Assembly (NCBI GenBank): GCA_039024635.1
Contig: JBCCQA010000021.1
Coordinates: forward strand, 16,942 to 80,941
Reading direction: 5' to 3'
Source: Myxococcota bacterium
GTDB taxonomy: Bacteria > Myxococcota > Kuafuiibacteriia > Kuafuiibacteriales > Kuafuiibacteriaceae
DNA length: 64,000 nucleotides
Under the pieces are notes generated by a model. The model saw only the letters and a list, made by a program, of their open reading frames with translations. It was not told the origin of the DNA and ran no database searches. A program made the translations under genes and the position numbers. Shown piece by piece: positions 37,607 through 47,846 of the stretch. The first letter of the stretch is position 1; each line of letters begins with the position of its first letter.

Positions 37607-39018
37607 GGAGAGAAACGATGACTCGACTGATCAAGATGAGCTGGGCGCTCGCGGGCGCCGTCGCCGTGACGGCGTGCAGCGAAGACGATAACAACGGAGG
37701 CGGAAGCAACGGCAACGGAAGTGCCGTCGTCGACATGGGAGGCGGCGGTCCGGACGTGGGCGAGGGCTCGGACATGGGTGGGGGACCCTTGAACCCTGCC
37801 TGTACCGCGGCCATCCGCCAGCGTGAGACCGAGGTCGCTGCCATGCTGCCAGCCCCCTTCACCGATCCTGTGGAGATGGTTGGTCCCGTGGAGGGGGATG
37901 TGGCCTTGGAGGCCGATTTCGCCGGTCGCTACAGAGACGACCTGGCCAACCACGTGGGCTGTGAGCCGGTGGTTGCGTACGGAAACAACGTCGAGTTCTT
38001 GGTGCAAACCAACGAGGCTATGGTGCCTCCGGGCACGCCTGCCAGCATTCCAGGCTACGACTGCGCCGCCAAGGCCTACGAGACGACCAACGTCGACATG
38101 AGCAAGCCGATCGTTATCCTCGTTCACGGAAACTCGTCATCGGTCACCAGCTTCGAAGAGTACTTCAACGCGGGGATCGCTGGGACGGAGGTCACAACCT
38201 TCTCTCAGTTTAGTTTCAACGTCGAGACCACCGTCCGGGAGCAGCTTGCAACCAAGCTTCTCAATGACGGCTTCGAAGTCATCGCCTTCGATGCCCGGAC
38301 CGACCTCGTCAATCAGCTCACCGACTACGACGTCATGGCTAACGCCAACCGGAACATCGACCACGGCTGGTCGGTCCCGATGCTGCAGTCCTTGGTGAAC
38401 GCCGTCATGACCAACAATCCCGGCCGTCGGATCTCTCTGATTGGTCACTCCTTGGGGACCACCATGATCCGGGACGCGCTCCGCCGCATGTACGTGGCCT
38501 GGACCGACTCTGAGGCTGGCGCCTTGAATCCCTTTCCTCAGTTGGCCGACGTCATCCTCGCCTCAGGCGCCAACCATGGCGTCTCAACCGGCGGTCTTTG
38601 CGACCCCATGGTCCGCAACATGTCCATCGCCGTGACCTGCGAGATGGGAGACCGGGGTGCCTTTCTGCCCACCTACTTCTCCGGGGTGAACAATGGACCC
38701 AATGACCTATATACCGCCCCCTGCGCCGACGGGTCCTACGCCTTCGGCTCCGAGGATCAGTGTGGCAACAACGTCGTAGACTACACGACCATCACCATGG
38801 AGGACGTGCCGGACGGTAGCTTCCAGGATGAGTTCGTGAGCGAGTCCTCGGCGCGCCTCGACCTCGAGCCCTGCGTCGACAACGAGCTAGTCTCCCTGGC
38901 GGACTTCGACGCGTCCGGCTACTTCTTCGATGCGCTGCCCGGATTCCTTGCCAACCACTTCGGCTCCATTCGTTCGGATGCGGGCATGGCCATCATCTTG
39001 GACAAGCTCAACGACTGA
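37603..39018 (+). CDS. Secreted lipoprotein alpha/beta-hydrolase (lipase-like) with Gly-rich linker
   Basis: Lipobox (AVAVTACS). Gly/Asn-rich linker. ILVHGNSSS and IGHSLG nucleophile elbow. 471 aa. Confidence 0.5.
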   Translation: MRRETMTRLIKMSWALAGAVAVTACSEDDNNGGGSNGNGSAVVDMGGGGPDVGEGSDMGGGPLNPACTAAIRQRETEVAAMLPAPFTDPVEMVGPVEGDVALEADFAGRYRDDLANHVGCEPVVAYGNNVEFLVQTNEAMVPPGTPASIPGYDCAAKAYETTNVDMSKPIVILVHGNSSSVTSFEEYFNAGIAGTEVTTFSQFSFNVETTVREQLATKLLNDGFEVIAFDARTDLVNQLTDYDVMANANRNIDHGWSVPMLQSLVNAVMTNNPGRRISLIGHSLGTTMIRDALRRMYVAWTDSEAGALNPFPQLADVILASGANHGVSTGGLCDPMVRNMSIAVTCEMGDRGAFLPTYFSGVNNGPNDLYTAPCADGSYAFGSEDQCGNNVVDYTTITMEDVPDGSFQDEFVSESSARLDLEPCVDNELVSLADFDASGYFFDALPGFLANHFGSIRSDAGMAIILDKLND

Positions 39019-39083
39019 AGGGCTTTGGGCGGTCTCGGGCTGAGTCCGAGGCCGTCCTTGCTCGTCCACCGGAGGACCTGTTC

Positions 39084-40490
39084 ATGAAACGACTGTTTAG
39101 CTTGGCGCTGCTATCGAGCGTGATTCTTCCCGTATTCGCTCAGGCCCAAAGCGAGAGTGAGGTCGAACAGAGCGAGGGCCGAAAGGGAAGCCGGGCCGAC
39201 CGGGTCCTCGCCACCGCCGACCAGGGGATCGCCCGCGACTTCGTCATTTGGAGCGACGAAAAGCTGGACGGCTTCATCAAGCCCATCATCCAGCTGTCCT
39301 CTTCGGTCGTGGGCTATCTGCCCGAGGCCGATGTGCAGAATCGGGAATTCGACGAGCGGGTCAGCACCCTGCTCCTGTCGAGAATCGGCTTCGAGGGGGA
39401 GCTGTTCGGCTTTCTGTCCTTCCGCACGCTCTTCGAGCGCAACGTCGGCTTCAACCTGGCACGCAATGGTCCCGTGGGGACCTCCATATGGGAAGGCACG
39501 GCTTCCTGGCAAGCTCGAGAAAACTACATACGGCTTTCCAAGTGGGGCCTAGAGCTGTCGGCCGGCATCTTGCCCGACCCGGCGAGTGTCGACTACATCT
39601 CCAAGAACATCCTCGATACCTTTGGCATGGATCCCTACGTCCGAGACCCGCTACTTGTAAGCGGATTCAACCAGGGTCAGAGCGTGCTCTTTCGGGCCAA
39701 GCTCGGCGAGCTGACAGGCTGGTCGCCCATCGAGGGGCTGATCGCCGGCGTAAGCTTCACCGGCGGCAACCCGCTGGTCTCCTCCCTGTCCTTCGGCTTT
39801 GGCGGCCAAGTGCGGCAAACTGTGACCTTGTTTTCGGCGCCGCTGCGGGCTCTTTCCAACGGCCTTCCGGGCTCGGACATCCATATGTCGGTCGTGACCC
39901 CGAGTCTGACCTACGACAGCCGCTGGTTTGCCGCGAAGGCGGCGGGTCAGCTTTACTGGGTCGACAATGACGTGACCCAGTCCGAGGACGCGACTCTGAC
40001 CGGCCACAACCTTCGAGCCACCGTCCAGCTGGAGAAGGTCAGCCAGTACGTGTTCCCATTCCTCCTGCTTTTCGACCTGAAAGACGACTTTCTGAAGCTG
40101 TACGGCACGGCCGCCTACCGAGAGAATGACACCGTGGCCCTCCCGGACATCACAATGACAAGAGAGGAGCGCTTCGTTGGCATCTTGGCGGCGGGTGGTT
40201 TTGACATCGACCTCTCGGGCTTTGACATCCCGGTGATTCGAAACTTTGGCTTGGGCGGCAATTACTACTACATCGATCAGCAATTCTCGGCCGAGGCCGC
40301 GGATGGACGTCCGGACGATCGGGTCCTGCAGTACATCAATCTCGGACTCACCTATTGGCTGTGGCAGGACGTGGCCTCGGCCGGTTTCCGCTGGGCACGG
40401 AATCAGGAAGAGTCTACCCAGGAGACTACGAGGCCCACGATCCTCGACGCCACCGACAGCTTCATCCTCTCGCTTCGGCTGCTGATCTGA
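39084..40490 (+). CDS. Outer-membrane beta-barrel protein (FadL/porin-like?)
   Basis: Sec signal (MKRLFSLALLSSVILPVFAQAQ). 468 aa with alternating amphipathic beta pattern. FadL-like role suggested only by the lipid-handling context. Confidence 0.35.
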   Translation: MKRLFSLALLSSVILPVFAQAQSESEVEQSEGRKGSRADRVLATADQGIARDFVIWSDEKLDGFIKPIIQLSSSVVGYLPEADVQNREFDERVSTLLLSRIGFEGELFGFLSFRTLFERNVGFNLARNGPVGTSIWEGTASWQARENYIRLSKWGLELSAGILPDPASVDYISKNILDTFGMDPYVRDPLLVSGFNQGQSVLFRAKLGELTGWSPIEGLIAGVSFTGGNPLVSSLSFGFGGQVRQTVTLFSAPLRALSNGLPGSDIHMSVVTPSLTYDSRWFAAKAAGQLYWVDNDVTQSEDATLTGHNLRATVQLEKVSQYVFPFLLLFDLKDDFLKLYGTAAYRENDTVALPDITMTREERFVGILAAGGFDIDLSGFDIPVIRNFGLGGNYYYIDQQFSAEAADGRPDDRVLQYINLGLTYWLWQDVASAGFRWARNQEESTQETTRPTILDATDSFILSLRLLI

Positions 40491-40504
40491 CCCCGGAGAC
40501 CGTC

Positions 40505-42043
40505 GTGTACGACTTCGTCCGAAGCTGGGCCAAACTCGCACCGGACCGGCTGGCCATCGAAGAGATACGTTCGGGACGGGTCTGGACCTATGCCCAGCTC
40601 GACGCCCGAGCGGAGGCCATCGGTCGAGCCCTGAAGCAGGAACTCGGTTCAGCCGAAGCTCATCGGGTCGCCCTCCTTTGCAAGGGCCGAGGCGAGGTTT
40701 TCGAAGCTCTCTTTGCAGCGGCCAAGGCCAAGCTGACCCTCGTTCCGTTGAACTGGCGTCTGGCAGCGCGGGAGCTGGAAGGCATCTTGAAGGACTCGGG
40801 GGTGACACTCCTCGCGTACGACGGTGCGCACGCAGACATGGCGGAGGCCCTGCTGGAGTCGGTGCCCATGAAGGCCATCGCCCTCGATGAACACGGACAT
40901 GCTGGGCATCCGGTGTGGGAGAGGCTGGCTGAGGGCACGTCGGGTGCTGGAGCTCTTCTCGGGCCGGCCATGGAGGATGTTCCTCTCGTTCTCTACACCA
41001 GCGGTACGACGGGAGGTCCCAAGGGGGTCATGGTGCCGTGGCGCCAGATCGTCTTCAACGCCATCAATACGGTCTTGGCCGCTGATCTCACGCCCGAAGA
41101 CGCCACCCTGGCTTGTTTGCCTCTCTTTCATACGGGCGGGCTTCACGCCTTGGCGACGCCCACGCTGTACCGAGGGGGACGGGTGCTCTTGGCGCCCAGC
41201 TTCGACCCGACGGAGGCAACGGCGCTGCTCCGAAGCGGCCGGGTCAGCACCACCATCGCTGTGCCCACCATGTACGAGATGATGGCGGGAACAGGCCTAT
41301 TGGAGCCGGGTCCAGCCGCGATACCTCGTATCCTCCTTTGCGGGGGCGCGCCGGTCACGACGCAGACCCTGGAGCTCTTCCATGGAGCCGGTATGCCCCT
41401 CCGACAGGGCTATGGCCTCACCGAGGTGGGCCCCAACTGTTTCACTCTCTCTCCTTTGGAGGGGCCGGATCGAATCGGGACGGTAGGCTTTCCGGCTTTC
41501 CATGGTGAGGCTCGGCTCGTGGATCAGGACGGTCACGAGGTCGGAGTCGCTACCCCGGGCGAGCTTCAGCTTCGGGGACCCCACGTCTCGATGGGCTACC
41601 TGAATCGGCCTGAGGCGACCCAGGTCGTGCTCAGCGAGGACGGCTGGTTCAGCACCGGTGACGTTTTGGTTCGAAATGAGCGCGGGGCCTACGCCGTGGT
41701 CGGTCGAATGAAAGATATGTTCATCTCCGGCGGAGAGAACGTCTATCCGGTCGAGGTGGAGAATGCGCTCGTCGAGCATCCGGAGGTCCAAGCGGCGGCC
41801 GTCCTCGGCGTCCAAGACTCCAAGTGGGGTCAGGTTGGCTATGGCGTGCTGATTCCGGAGTCGATGGATGCACCGCCCAATGCTCTGGACCTGCAGGAAT
41901 GGCTGAAGCACCGGATCGCGCGCTACAAGGTCCCCAAGCACTGGCGCTTCGTCGAGCGCTTTCCCCTCAACGCTTCAGGCAAGGTCGAGAAGGCTCGGCT
42001 TCTCGAAGTGGTTCGAGCTGAGCTCGAGAAAGCCGGGTCATGA
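40505..42043 (+). CDS. AMP-dependent synthetase/ligase (acyl-CoA synthetase family)
   Basis: LVLYTSGTTGGPKGVMV AMP-binding motif. Proposed GTG start at ~40505 (VYDFVRSWAKLAPDRLAIEE) rather than the track ATG 40355, which overlaps the preceding gene by 136 nt. Confidence 0.75.
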   Translation: MYDFVRSWAKLAPDRLAIEEIRSGRVWTYAQLDARAEAIGRALKQELGSAEAHRVALLCKGRGEVFEALFAAAKAKLTLVPLNWRLAARELEGILKDSGVTLLAYDGAHADMAEALLESVPMKAIALDEHGHAGHPVWERLAEGTSGAGALLGPAMEDVPLVLYTSGTTGGPKGVMVPWRQIVFNAINTVLAADLTPEDATLACLPLFHTGGLHALATPTLYRGGRVLLAPSFDPTEATALLRSGRVSTTIAVPTMYEMMAGTGLLEPGPAAIPRILLCGGAPVTTQTLELFHGAGMPLRQGYGLTEVGPNCFTLSPLEGPDRIGTVGFPAFHGEARLVDQDGHEVGVATPGELQLRGPHVSMGYLNRPEATQVVLSEDGWFSTGDVLVRNERGAYAVVGRMKDMFISGGENVYPVEVENALVEHPEVQAAAVLGVQDSKWGQVGYGVLIPESMDAPPNALDLQEWLKHRIARYKVPKHWRFVERFPLNASGKVEKARLLEVVRAELEKAGS

Positions 42044-43053
42044 CCGCTTTCGCCGAACTCCTTACCACCGGCATCTACGTGCCCGAGCGCGAGGTTTCCA
42101 ACGACGAGCTGCGAGCCCGCTTTGCCAAGACCGCGCCCGACTTTGTCGACAAGGTCGAGGCGGCGTCGGGAATCAAGACGCGTTGGTATGCGCCCGACGA
42201 TTGGTCGACGTCGGACCTGGCGCTGCGCGCGGCTCGGGACGCTCTCAATCGAGCTTCATTGACGCCCGAAGACCTGGACTTGATCGTCCTCGGGACCGAC
42301 ACCCCAGACTACATCACACCAGCCACCTCGGTCGTTCTCCAGGTGAAGCTGGGGGCTCATCGCGCAGGGACCTTCGACGTGGGTTGTGCCTGCGCGTCAT
42401 TTCCGACCGGATTGATGACCGCCGCGGGCCTCATCGCCAGCCAGCCCGGAATCCAGACGGTGCTCGTGGTGGGCGCGTACATGATGCATCGCCTGGCCGA
42501 TCCTTCCGACCCCATGGTCTTCTTCTATGGAGACGGGGCGGGTGCCGCCATCCTGCAGGGCGCCGAGGCGCCAGGCCTCATGAAGGGGGCCTTCCTGGCC
42601 GATGGGCAGTACGCTCGTCACTGGGGCATCTTCAGTGGAGGAACGGTCGAACCCGCGAGCGCGGCCTCGGTGGCGGAGGGACGGACCCAAGTTCGACTGA
42701 CCGAAAAGTACCCCTCTGAGATCAACGACGAGGGATGGCCCAAGTTGATGCGAAGCATCACCGAGCAGAATGAGCTTCAGATGGAGGACGTCGACCTCGC
42801 CATCTTCACTCAGGTGCGTCGCAGCACCATCTTGAAGGTGGGCGCAGAGCTTGGGATTCCGGAGCCGAGGCTGCCTATGGTCATGGGGAAGTGGGGCTAC
42901 ACGGGTTCGGCCTGTATCGGCATGGCCCTTCACGATGCGATCGTCCAAGGCCGGGCCAAACCCGGTCATCTGGTGACCCTGGTGGGCTCAGGTGTCGGCT
43001 ACAACCAGGCCGGAGTGGCGCTGAGACTCACGGAGGCTTTGAAAGGAGGATGA
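42040..43053 (+). CDS. KAS III (FabH)-family condensing enzyme
   Basis: ATGA coupling to the ligase gene. 337 aa thiolase fold with active-site Cys region (DVGCACASF). Operon context with ligase and ketoreductase. Confidence 0.65.
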   Translation: MTAFAELLTTGIYVPEREVSNDELRARFAKTAPDFVDKVEAASGIKTRWYAPDDWSTSDLALRAARDALNRASLTPEDLDLIVLGTDTPDYITPATSVVLQVKLGAHRAGTFDVGCACASFPTGLMTAAGLIASQPGIQTVLVVGAYMMHRLADPSDPMVFFYGDGAGAAILQGAEAPGLMKGAFLADGQYARHWGIFSGGTVEPASAASVAEGRTQVRLTEKYPSEINDEGWPKLMRSITEQNELQMEDVDLAIFTQVRRSTILKVGAELGIPEPRLPMVMGKWGYTGSACIGMALHDAIVQGRAKPGHLVTLVGSGVGYNQAGVALRLTEALKGG

Positions 43054-43054
43054 G

Positions 43055-43804
43055 GTGAAACTCGAGGAGATGAAGGTCATCGTGACTGGCGGGGCCAAAG
43101 GGATGGGCGCCTACTTCGTAGAGCGGCTGGTAGAGGCCGGGGCTCGAGTGGCGGCCGGTGACGTTTCGGAGGAGGGCCTGGCCAAGCTACCCGACGCCGT
43201 CCATCGAAGGCGTCTGGACGTAACCGATTCGAAAGACTGCCGGAGATTCGTTGCTTGGGCTCACGACGTGATGGATGGGCTCGACGGTTTGGTCAACAAC
43301 GCCGGAATCATCCGGGATGGTCTCCTCGTCCGAAAGGATCGGAACACGGGGGCCATTCAGACCATGTCCGATGAGCAATGGCAGGCTGTCCTCGACGTCA
43401 ACCTGAGCGGGGCGACGTACATGGTTCGAGAGTTTGCAGCACTATTGGCAGGACGGGCTCCGCCGGGTCCAGCTGCCATCGTCAACATGTCCTCCGTCGC
43501 CCGACACGGGAATCGAGGTCAGAGCAACTACGTGGCAACGAAGGCCGCCTTGGCCGCCAACACTGTGACCTGGGCCCGAGAGTTTGCCCGCTTCGGCATC
43601 AGGGTGGGGGCCATCGCGCCCGGCATGATCGAGACACCCATGACCGAAGGAATGAACCAAAAGGCCCGGGATGCACTCGTGGCCATGGTGCCGGTGGGGC
43701 GCATCGGCAGGCCGGAAGACATCTGGTTGGCCGTGAAGTTCATCTTCGAGTGTGACTACTTCAATGGGCGTTGTCTAGACGTAGACGGCGGCCTGGTCAT
43801 GTGA
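43055..43804 (+). CDS. Short-chain dehydrogenase/reductase (FabG-like 3-oxoacyl reductase)
   Basis: VTGGAKGMG Rossmann motif. YVATKAA (YxxxK) catalytic motif. Confidence 0.8.
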   Translation: MKLEEMKVIVTGGAKGMGAYFVERLVEAGARVAAGDVSEEGLAKLPDAVHRRRLDVTDSKDCRRFVAWAHDVMDGLDGLVNNAGIIRDGLLVRKDRNTGAIQTMSDEQWQAVLDVNLSGATYMVREFAALLAGRAPPGPAAIVNMSSVARHGNRGQSNYVATKAALAANTVTWAREFARFGIRVGAIAPGMIETPMTEGMNQKARDALVAMVPVGRIGRPEDIWLAVKFIFECDYFNGRCLDVDGGLVM

Positions 43805-43805
43805 C

Positions 43806-45287
43806 GTGAGTTCGAACGCTTTCGCCTGGGTCGTATTCGGCGTCTACATCGTCGCCACGACCCTCCTCGCCTTGCGAGGAATGCGCAAGACCCAGGATCT
43901 GGCCGGCTTCGCCATTGGTGGAGGAAACATGGGGCCCATCTTGGTGGGGGTGACCTTGGCTGCCGCCGTGAGCAGCACGGCGACCTTCGTCATCAACCCT
44001 GGCTTCGTCTTCAAGGATGGACTCGCGGCGCTCCTTCATTTTGGTGTAGCGGGCTACGGCGGCGTCATCGCCGGCCTACTTGTCCTCTCGAAGGGCTTCC
44101 GTCGGATTGGCTCGAAGGTTCGCGCGCTCACGCTGCCCCACTGGGTAGGCGCTCGCTACGAGAGCCCCGGCCTTCGAACCTACTTCGCCCTCCTCAACCT
44201 CGTGTTGGCAGTGACCTTCTGCGTACTCATCGTCAAAGGCTCCGCCCTGGTCATGCAGCACACCCTCGGTCTCGGCTACGGGACCGCTGTCTTTATCATC
44301 GTGGGCTTCGTGTTTACCTACATCCTGCTGGGCGGGACGTACGCTCACGCCTATACGAACGCGTTACAGGGCTCGATCATGGCAGTCGTTGCTCTGCTGA
44401 TTTTTGGCAGCGGTCTCGGCCTCCTCTTCGATGAGCCGGGTCTTTGGTCCGTCCTCGCGGAACAGGATCCCAACTTGGTCAAGGTCGTGAACCCGAGCAG
44501 CGCACTTTTCAGCTCAGCGTGGCAGATCTTCGTGTGCGGGTTCGTAGTGTCTTTTGGGTTGGTCTGCCAGCCTCACATCTTGACCAAGAGCCTCTACTTA
44601 CGCCGAGACGAGGACCACACCGCCTACCTCGTCGTGGCCGGCATCGTAGGCACCAGCTTCACCCTGATGCTGGTCGTTGGGTTGTGGGCCCGGGCTCGCT
44701 TCCCCGAGATTCCGAGCCAGGACGCGGTCATCGCGGTCTACATCGCCAAGAGCTTTACGCCCTACGTCGGTGCTTTCGTATCGGTCGCGCTCTTGGCTGC
44801 AGGGATGAGCACCATGGATGGGCTCCTGGTCAGCGCATCCACGATCGCGGGCAACGACATCTTTTTGGGCTTCTTGGGGGAACGCTTGATGCCGGGCGCG
44901 AGCATGGCCGAGCGAGAGAAGGCTGCTCTGCGAGCAAGCCAGGGGATCATCGCTTTCATGGGCGTGAGCGCCTTCTTTCTTGCCCTGGATCCGCCCCAAC
45001 TCGTCGGCCTCTTCGCTCAGATGGGCGTGTATGGCGTGGTCTGTGCGTCCATCGTTCCCATGACGGCCGGAATTCTTCTGGACCGACCGAGTCGAAGTGG
45101 CGTCAAGGCGGCCGCTGTCGCCGGGCCTCTCGTCCACTTCACGCACTACGGTTCGGTCTTCTACGGCTATGGCCAGCCCATCAACCCGGCGTTGACAGCC
45201 ACCGAAGGCGTGATTGCCTCGGTCGCGATCTACGTCCTCATCTCGCTGCTCAAACCGGGGCAGAAAGACTCTTCGGCGTCCCTCTAG
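43806..45287 (+). CDS. Sodium:solute symporter family (SSS) transporter
   Basis: GTG start 2 nt after the SDR stop. 493 aa, ~13 TM, SSS-type N-terminus. Confidence 0.7.
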   Translation: MSSNAFAWVVFGVYIVATTLLALRGMRKTQDLAGFAIGGGNMGPILVGVTLAAAVSSTATFVINPGFVFKDGLAALLHFGVAGYGGVIAGLLVLSKGFRRIGSKVRALTLPHWVGARYESPGLRTYFALLNLVLAVTFCVLIVKGSALVMQHTLGLGYGTAVFIIVGFVFTYILLGGTYAHAYTNALQGSIMAVVALLIFGSGLGLLFDEPGLWSVLAEQDPNLVKVVNPSSALFSSAWQIFVCGFVVSFGLVCQPHILTKSLYLRRDEDHTAYLVVAGIVGTSFTLMLVVGLWARARFPEIPSQDAVIAVYIAKSFTPYVGAFVSVALLAAGMSTMDGLLVSASTIAGNDIFLGFLGERLMPGASMAEREKAALRASQGIIAFMGVSAFFLALDPPQLVGLFAQMGVYGVVCASIVPMTAGILLDRPSRSGVKAAAVAGPLVHFTHYGSVFYGYGQPINPALTATEGVIASVAIYVLISLLKPGQKDSSASL

Positions 45288-46228
45288 GGCAATGGGGCTC
45301 GAAACTGGGCCCGCACACCCTGAACCGAGAAGCCTTGGCCGCTGGCGGATCGACCACGGCCCGAGAAGTTGAGCTGGCCTGACAGTATGCCTCCTTCCGT
45401 CGACGCGATGTCGATGGAGCCGCCGCCGTCATCGACATACTGGGTTGGACCTCGGTCTCGTAGCAGTTCGCCCCGCACGTCCACACCCGCGCCGCCGTAG
45501 GTGCCGACGGGAAGCGCGCCGTTCAGTTTGGGAACCCGTCCGTCGATGAAACTCCCCGAGGCTTGGTCCTCGACGATGACTCGGAAGTTGGCGCCCTCGT
45601 CCTCGATCCTCGCGGCTCCGTCCAGGTTGATGCTCTCGCTGAAGCGCGCTCTTCCCTGGCCGTTGTCCAGGCCGTCGATATCGGGCTGGACGTAGCGGGC
45701 GTCGAAGCGGGCCTCCAGCGCGTGGGATGGCGTCGAGGCGCCCGTTCGTTGAATTCGGGCCCTGAGGCGCCCTCGGAGGCGCTGGTTTTCGTGGAGCTCG
45801 ACGCTGAGCGTACCTTCAGCGCGGTTTACGTAGTACTCCCTGCCGTCAAAGAAGGCGCTCAGGTCGCTGCTGCCCTGGCCGCCTTCACTGGTCGCCCCGA
45901 CGCCGAAGACTTCGTAGTCGCCTGGAAGGAGATACTGGCCGAAGGCGGACTCGTCGCGAATCGTGAGCGAGATGCGGTCTTCGCCGTCGGCCAAGCGGAT
46001 GATTACCACGCGTCGCTGCGCATCGTAGCCGTAGTCAAGTTCAGCCGTGGCACCTGATGCCTCGGCTATCCTTTGTCCGTCGGACAGTGCGGTCAGGCTG
46101 AAACTGCCAGTTACGATGCTTGGGCTTCCGCCTCCTCCGCCTCCGCCTGAGGGATCAGGTCCCAGTTCGGTCGAGCTGCCGCCACAGGCCAAGATGAGGG
46201 GAAGAACACAGGGGCTGGTTCGCTTCAT
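45284..46228 (-). CDS. Secreted lipoprotein with poly-Gly linker, unknown function
   Basis: MKRTSPCVLPLILACGG lipobox. GGGGGGG linker. 314 aa. Confidence 0.35.
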   Translation of the reverse strand: MKRTSPCVLPLILACGGSSTELGPDPSGGGGGGGSPSIVTGSFSLTALSDGQRIAEASGATAELDYGYDAQRRVVIIRLADGEDRISLTIRDESAFGQYLLPGDYEVFGVGATSEGGQGSSDLSAFFDGREYYVNRAEGTLSVELHENQRLRGRLRARIQRTGASTPSHALEARFDARYVQPDIDGLDNGQGRARFSESINLDGAARIEDEGANFRVIVEDQASGSFIDGRVPKLNGALPVGTYGGAGVDVRGELLRDRGPTQYVDDGGGSIDIASTEGGILSGQLNFSGRGRSASGQGFSVQGVRAQFRAPLP

Positions 46229-46288
46229 GTCCCCCCGTTTCCGTTCCGTCCGATCTTGCGCGGACCAATTCGGTTTCGTCTCCGGGCG

Positions 46289-47119
46289 TCAGGGGTCTTG
46301 GATGTCTACCGTATGGCAGTCCTTCACCGCTGCGGGTGGCCAGTCTGCACCCGCTTCCAGCGATACATCGACGGTCTGAATGTCGAGGGCGCCATCGGTG
46401 AACAGGCCGCAGATCGCCATCATGCCCGGCGCTGGATCGACCTTCACCAGTTCGCCGAGTTCGACGTCGGCCCGCCCGGCCTCCACGGGGAGGCTCTGGG
46501 GGCGGTCATCGAGGTCCGTGTAGGCCGGGTGGAACCAGTGGATGCGACCTTCAGCGTCCCGGCCTACGATGGCCAGAAAGCCTGGGGCCTGGGCCAGGGT
46601 GGTGAATGCAAAGGCGAAGGCCCGGTCGCTGCGGGCCGTAGCTTTGACCTGCGAAAGCTGAGCCTCGGGACCCGAAGCTTGGAAAATGGAGATCCAGGCC
46701 TGGCGCCCTTCGGCGGAGCCCGAGCGAGCCTGAACGTCGGTTTTCGGGGTCCTGACGACCATCAGCGCCACCGCGGCGGCCGTCAGCGCCCCGAAGGAGC
46801 CTGCGAGCCACCAGCCGCTTCTCCGCCGGATGGGAAGGATCTTGGCATCCGCCCCGCCACCGCTCTCGGTGAGGAGAGCTTTCTCTAGCCCGACGGAAGC
46901 GGGCGCCGGAGTGCCCCTGGCCAAGAGGCGATCGATCTGAGCTTGGGGCACGTCCCGACCCTCCAGCCCTCGCTCGAGCTCCACCCATCGGGCGTAGCTT
47001 CGGCGCAGCGCTTCGGAAGACTCCAACAAGGTCTGCAGCTCTTGGTCCTCCTCGGGGGACAAAGTGCCCTCCTCGAACTGGCGCTGGAGCAGCTCTTCAC
47101 CACGATTCACGGCAACCAT
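46289..47119 (-). CDS. Anti-sigma factor (single-pass membrane, periplasmic C-domain)
   Basis: Start at internal Met MVAVNRGEELLQRQ, overlapping the sigma-factor stop. One TM helix (WWLAGSFGALTAAAVALMVV). Confidence 0.5.
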   Translation of the reverse strand: MVAVNRGEELLQRQFEEGTLSPEEDQELQTLLESSEALRRSYARWVELERGLEGRDVPQAQIDRLLARGTPAPASVGLEKALLTESGGGADAKILPIRRRSGWWLAGSFGALTAAAVALMVVRTPKTDVQARSGSAEGRQAWISIFQASGPEAQLSQVKATARSDRAFAFAFTTLAQAPGFLAIVGRDAEGRIHWFHPAYTDLDDRPQSLPVEAGRADVELGELVKVDPAPGMMAICGLFTDGALDIQTVDVSLEAGADWPPAAVKDCHTVDIQDP

Positions 47120-47685
47120 CCCTTCTCGCGAAAGAACACCGTCGCCCGTTTGCGGAGGCTGACGAGGCTTCGATAGACCTGATCCCGAGACAGCCCCAAG
47201 CGCTCTCCCATCGCTGCTTGAGAGCGGAGTTCTTCCGTCCCTAGGCACTCCAAAAGCGCCTTCTCCCTCTCAGGCAGGCCCTCCCGGAAGCTCCGCATCA
47301 AGTCCTTGAGCTCCAGGTCCTCGACCGAGCTCGGGGGTAGGTTCGCGGGTTCGGGGCCTTGGTCCAAGGGGACCTCTCGAGCCCTACGACCCGCTCGACG
47401 TAGGGCGAGATTGGTGGCGATGCGCCGAAGGTACGGGGTTGGCGGTCGACCGCGCTCGAAGTTTCCATTCTCGACCTGGTGAAAGAAGGCAGCGAAGGTC
47501 TCCTGGGTCAGATCCTCGGCTTCGGTCGGGTCCGACACACGGTGAAAGCCCAGCTTGCCGTCCCGTGCCTGCACCCGAAAGCCTCGCGTGAGCACCGCCA
47601 GCACGTAGGGGAGGTGGCTTCGATAAAAGCCGTCCCGATCGTCGATGTCGACGTCCGCTCGAGACTCCTTTTCCCCATCGGCCAG
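47107..47685 (-). CDS. ECF-type RNA polymerase sigma-70 factor
   Basis: Region 2 (FYRSHLPYVLAVLTRGF...DLTQETF) and region 4 (LPEREKALLECLGTEELRSQAAMGERLGLSRDQVYRSL). The N-terminal 156 codons of track ORF 47107..48153 are Arg/Pro-rich non-coding read-through. True start is probably a non-ATG codon near 47685. Confidence 0.65.
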   Translation of the reverse strand: MADGEKESRADVDIDDRDGFYRSHLPYVLAVLTRGFRVQARDGKLGFHRVSDPTEAEDLTQETFAAFFHQVENGNFERGRPPTPYLRRIATNLALRRAGRRAREVPLDQGPEPANLPPSSVEDLELKDLMRSFREGLPEREKALLECLGTEELRSQAAMGERLGLSRDQVYRSLVSLRKRATVFFREKGWLP

Positions 47686-47846
47686 GGCTGCGCGCTCGGA
47701 GCTCCCCACCTGGACCGAAGCTAGAGAAGAAGGGGAGCCGAGGGCAACTCCCGAGCTGGGCGCTCGAGGTCCCCTGTGGTGCCCGGGGCTGAGGGACGCC
47801 GTCCTCACGTTGTCAGGGGCCTGTTGGCATCGTAGCTCAGCCAAAG

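Noticed and set aside
40355-40504. ATG start at 40355 for the acyl-CoA ligase
   Set aside because: Would overlap the preceding outer-membrane protein gene by 136 nt and add a Gly/Arg-rich leader. GTG at ~40505 yields a typical ligase N-terminus.
40505-43804. OleABCD-type olefin or beta-lactone pathway for the ligase-KASIII-reductase trio
   Set aside because: OleD is a ~330-aa 3beta-HSD-type reductase and OleB a haloalkane-dehalogenase-like hydrolase. Here the reductase is a 249-aa FabG-type SDR and no OleB-type gene is adjacent.
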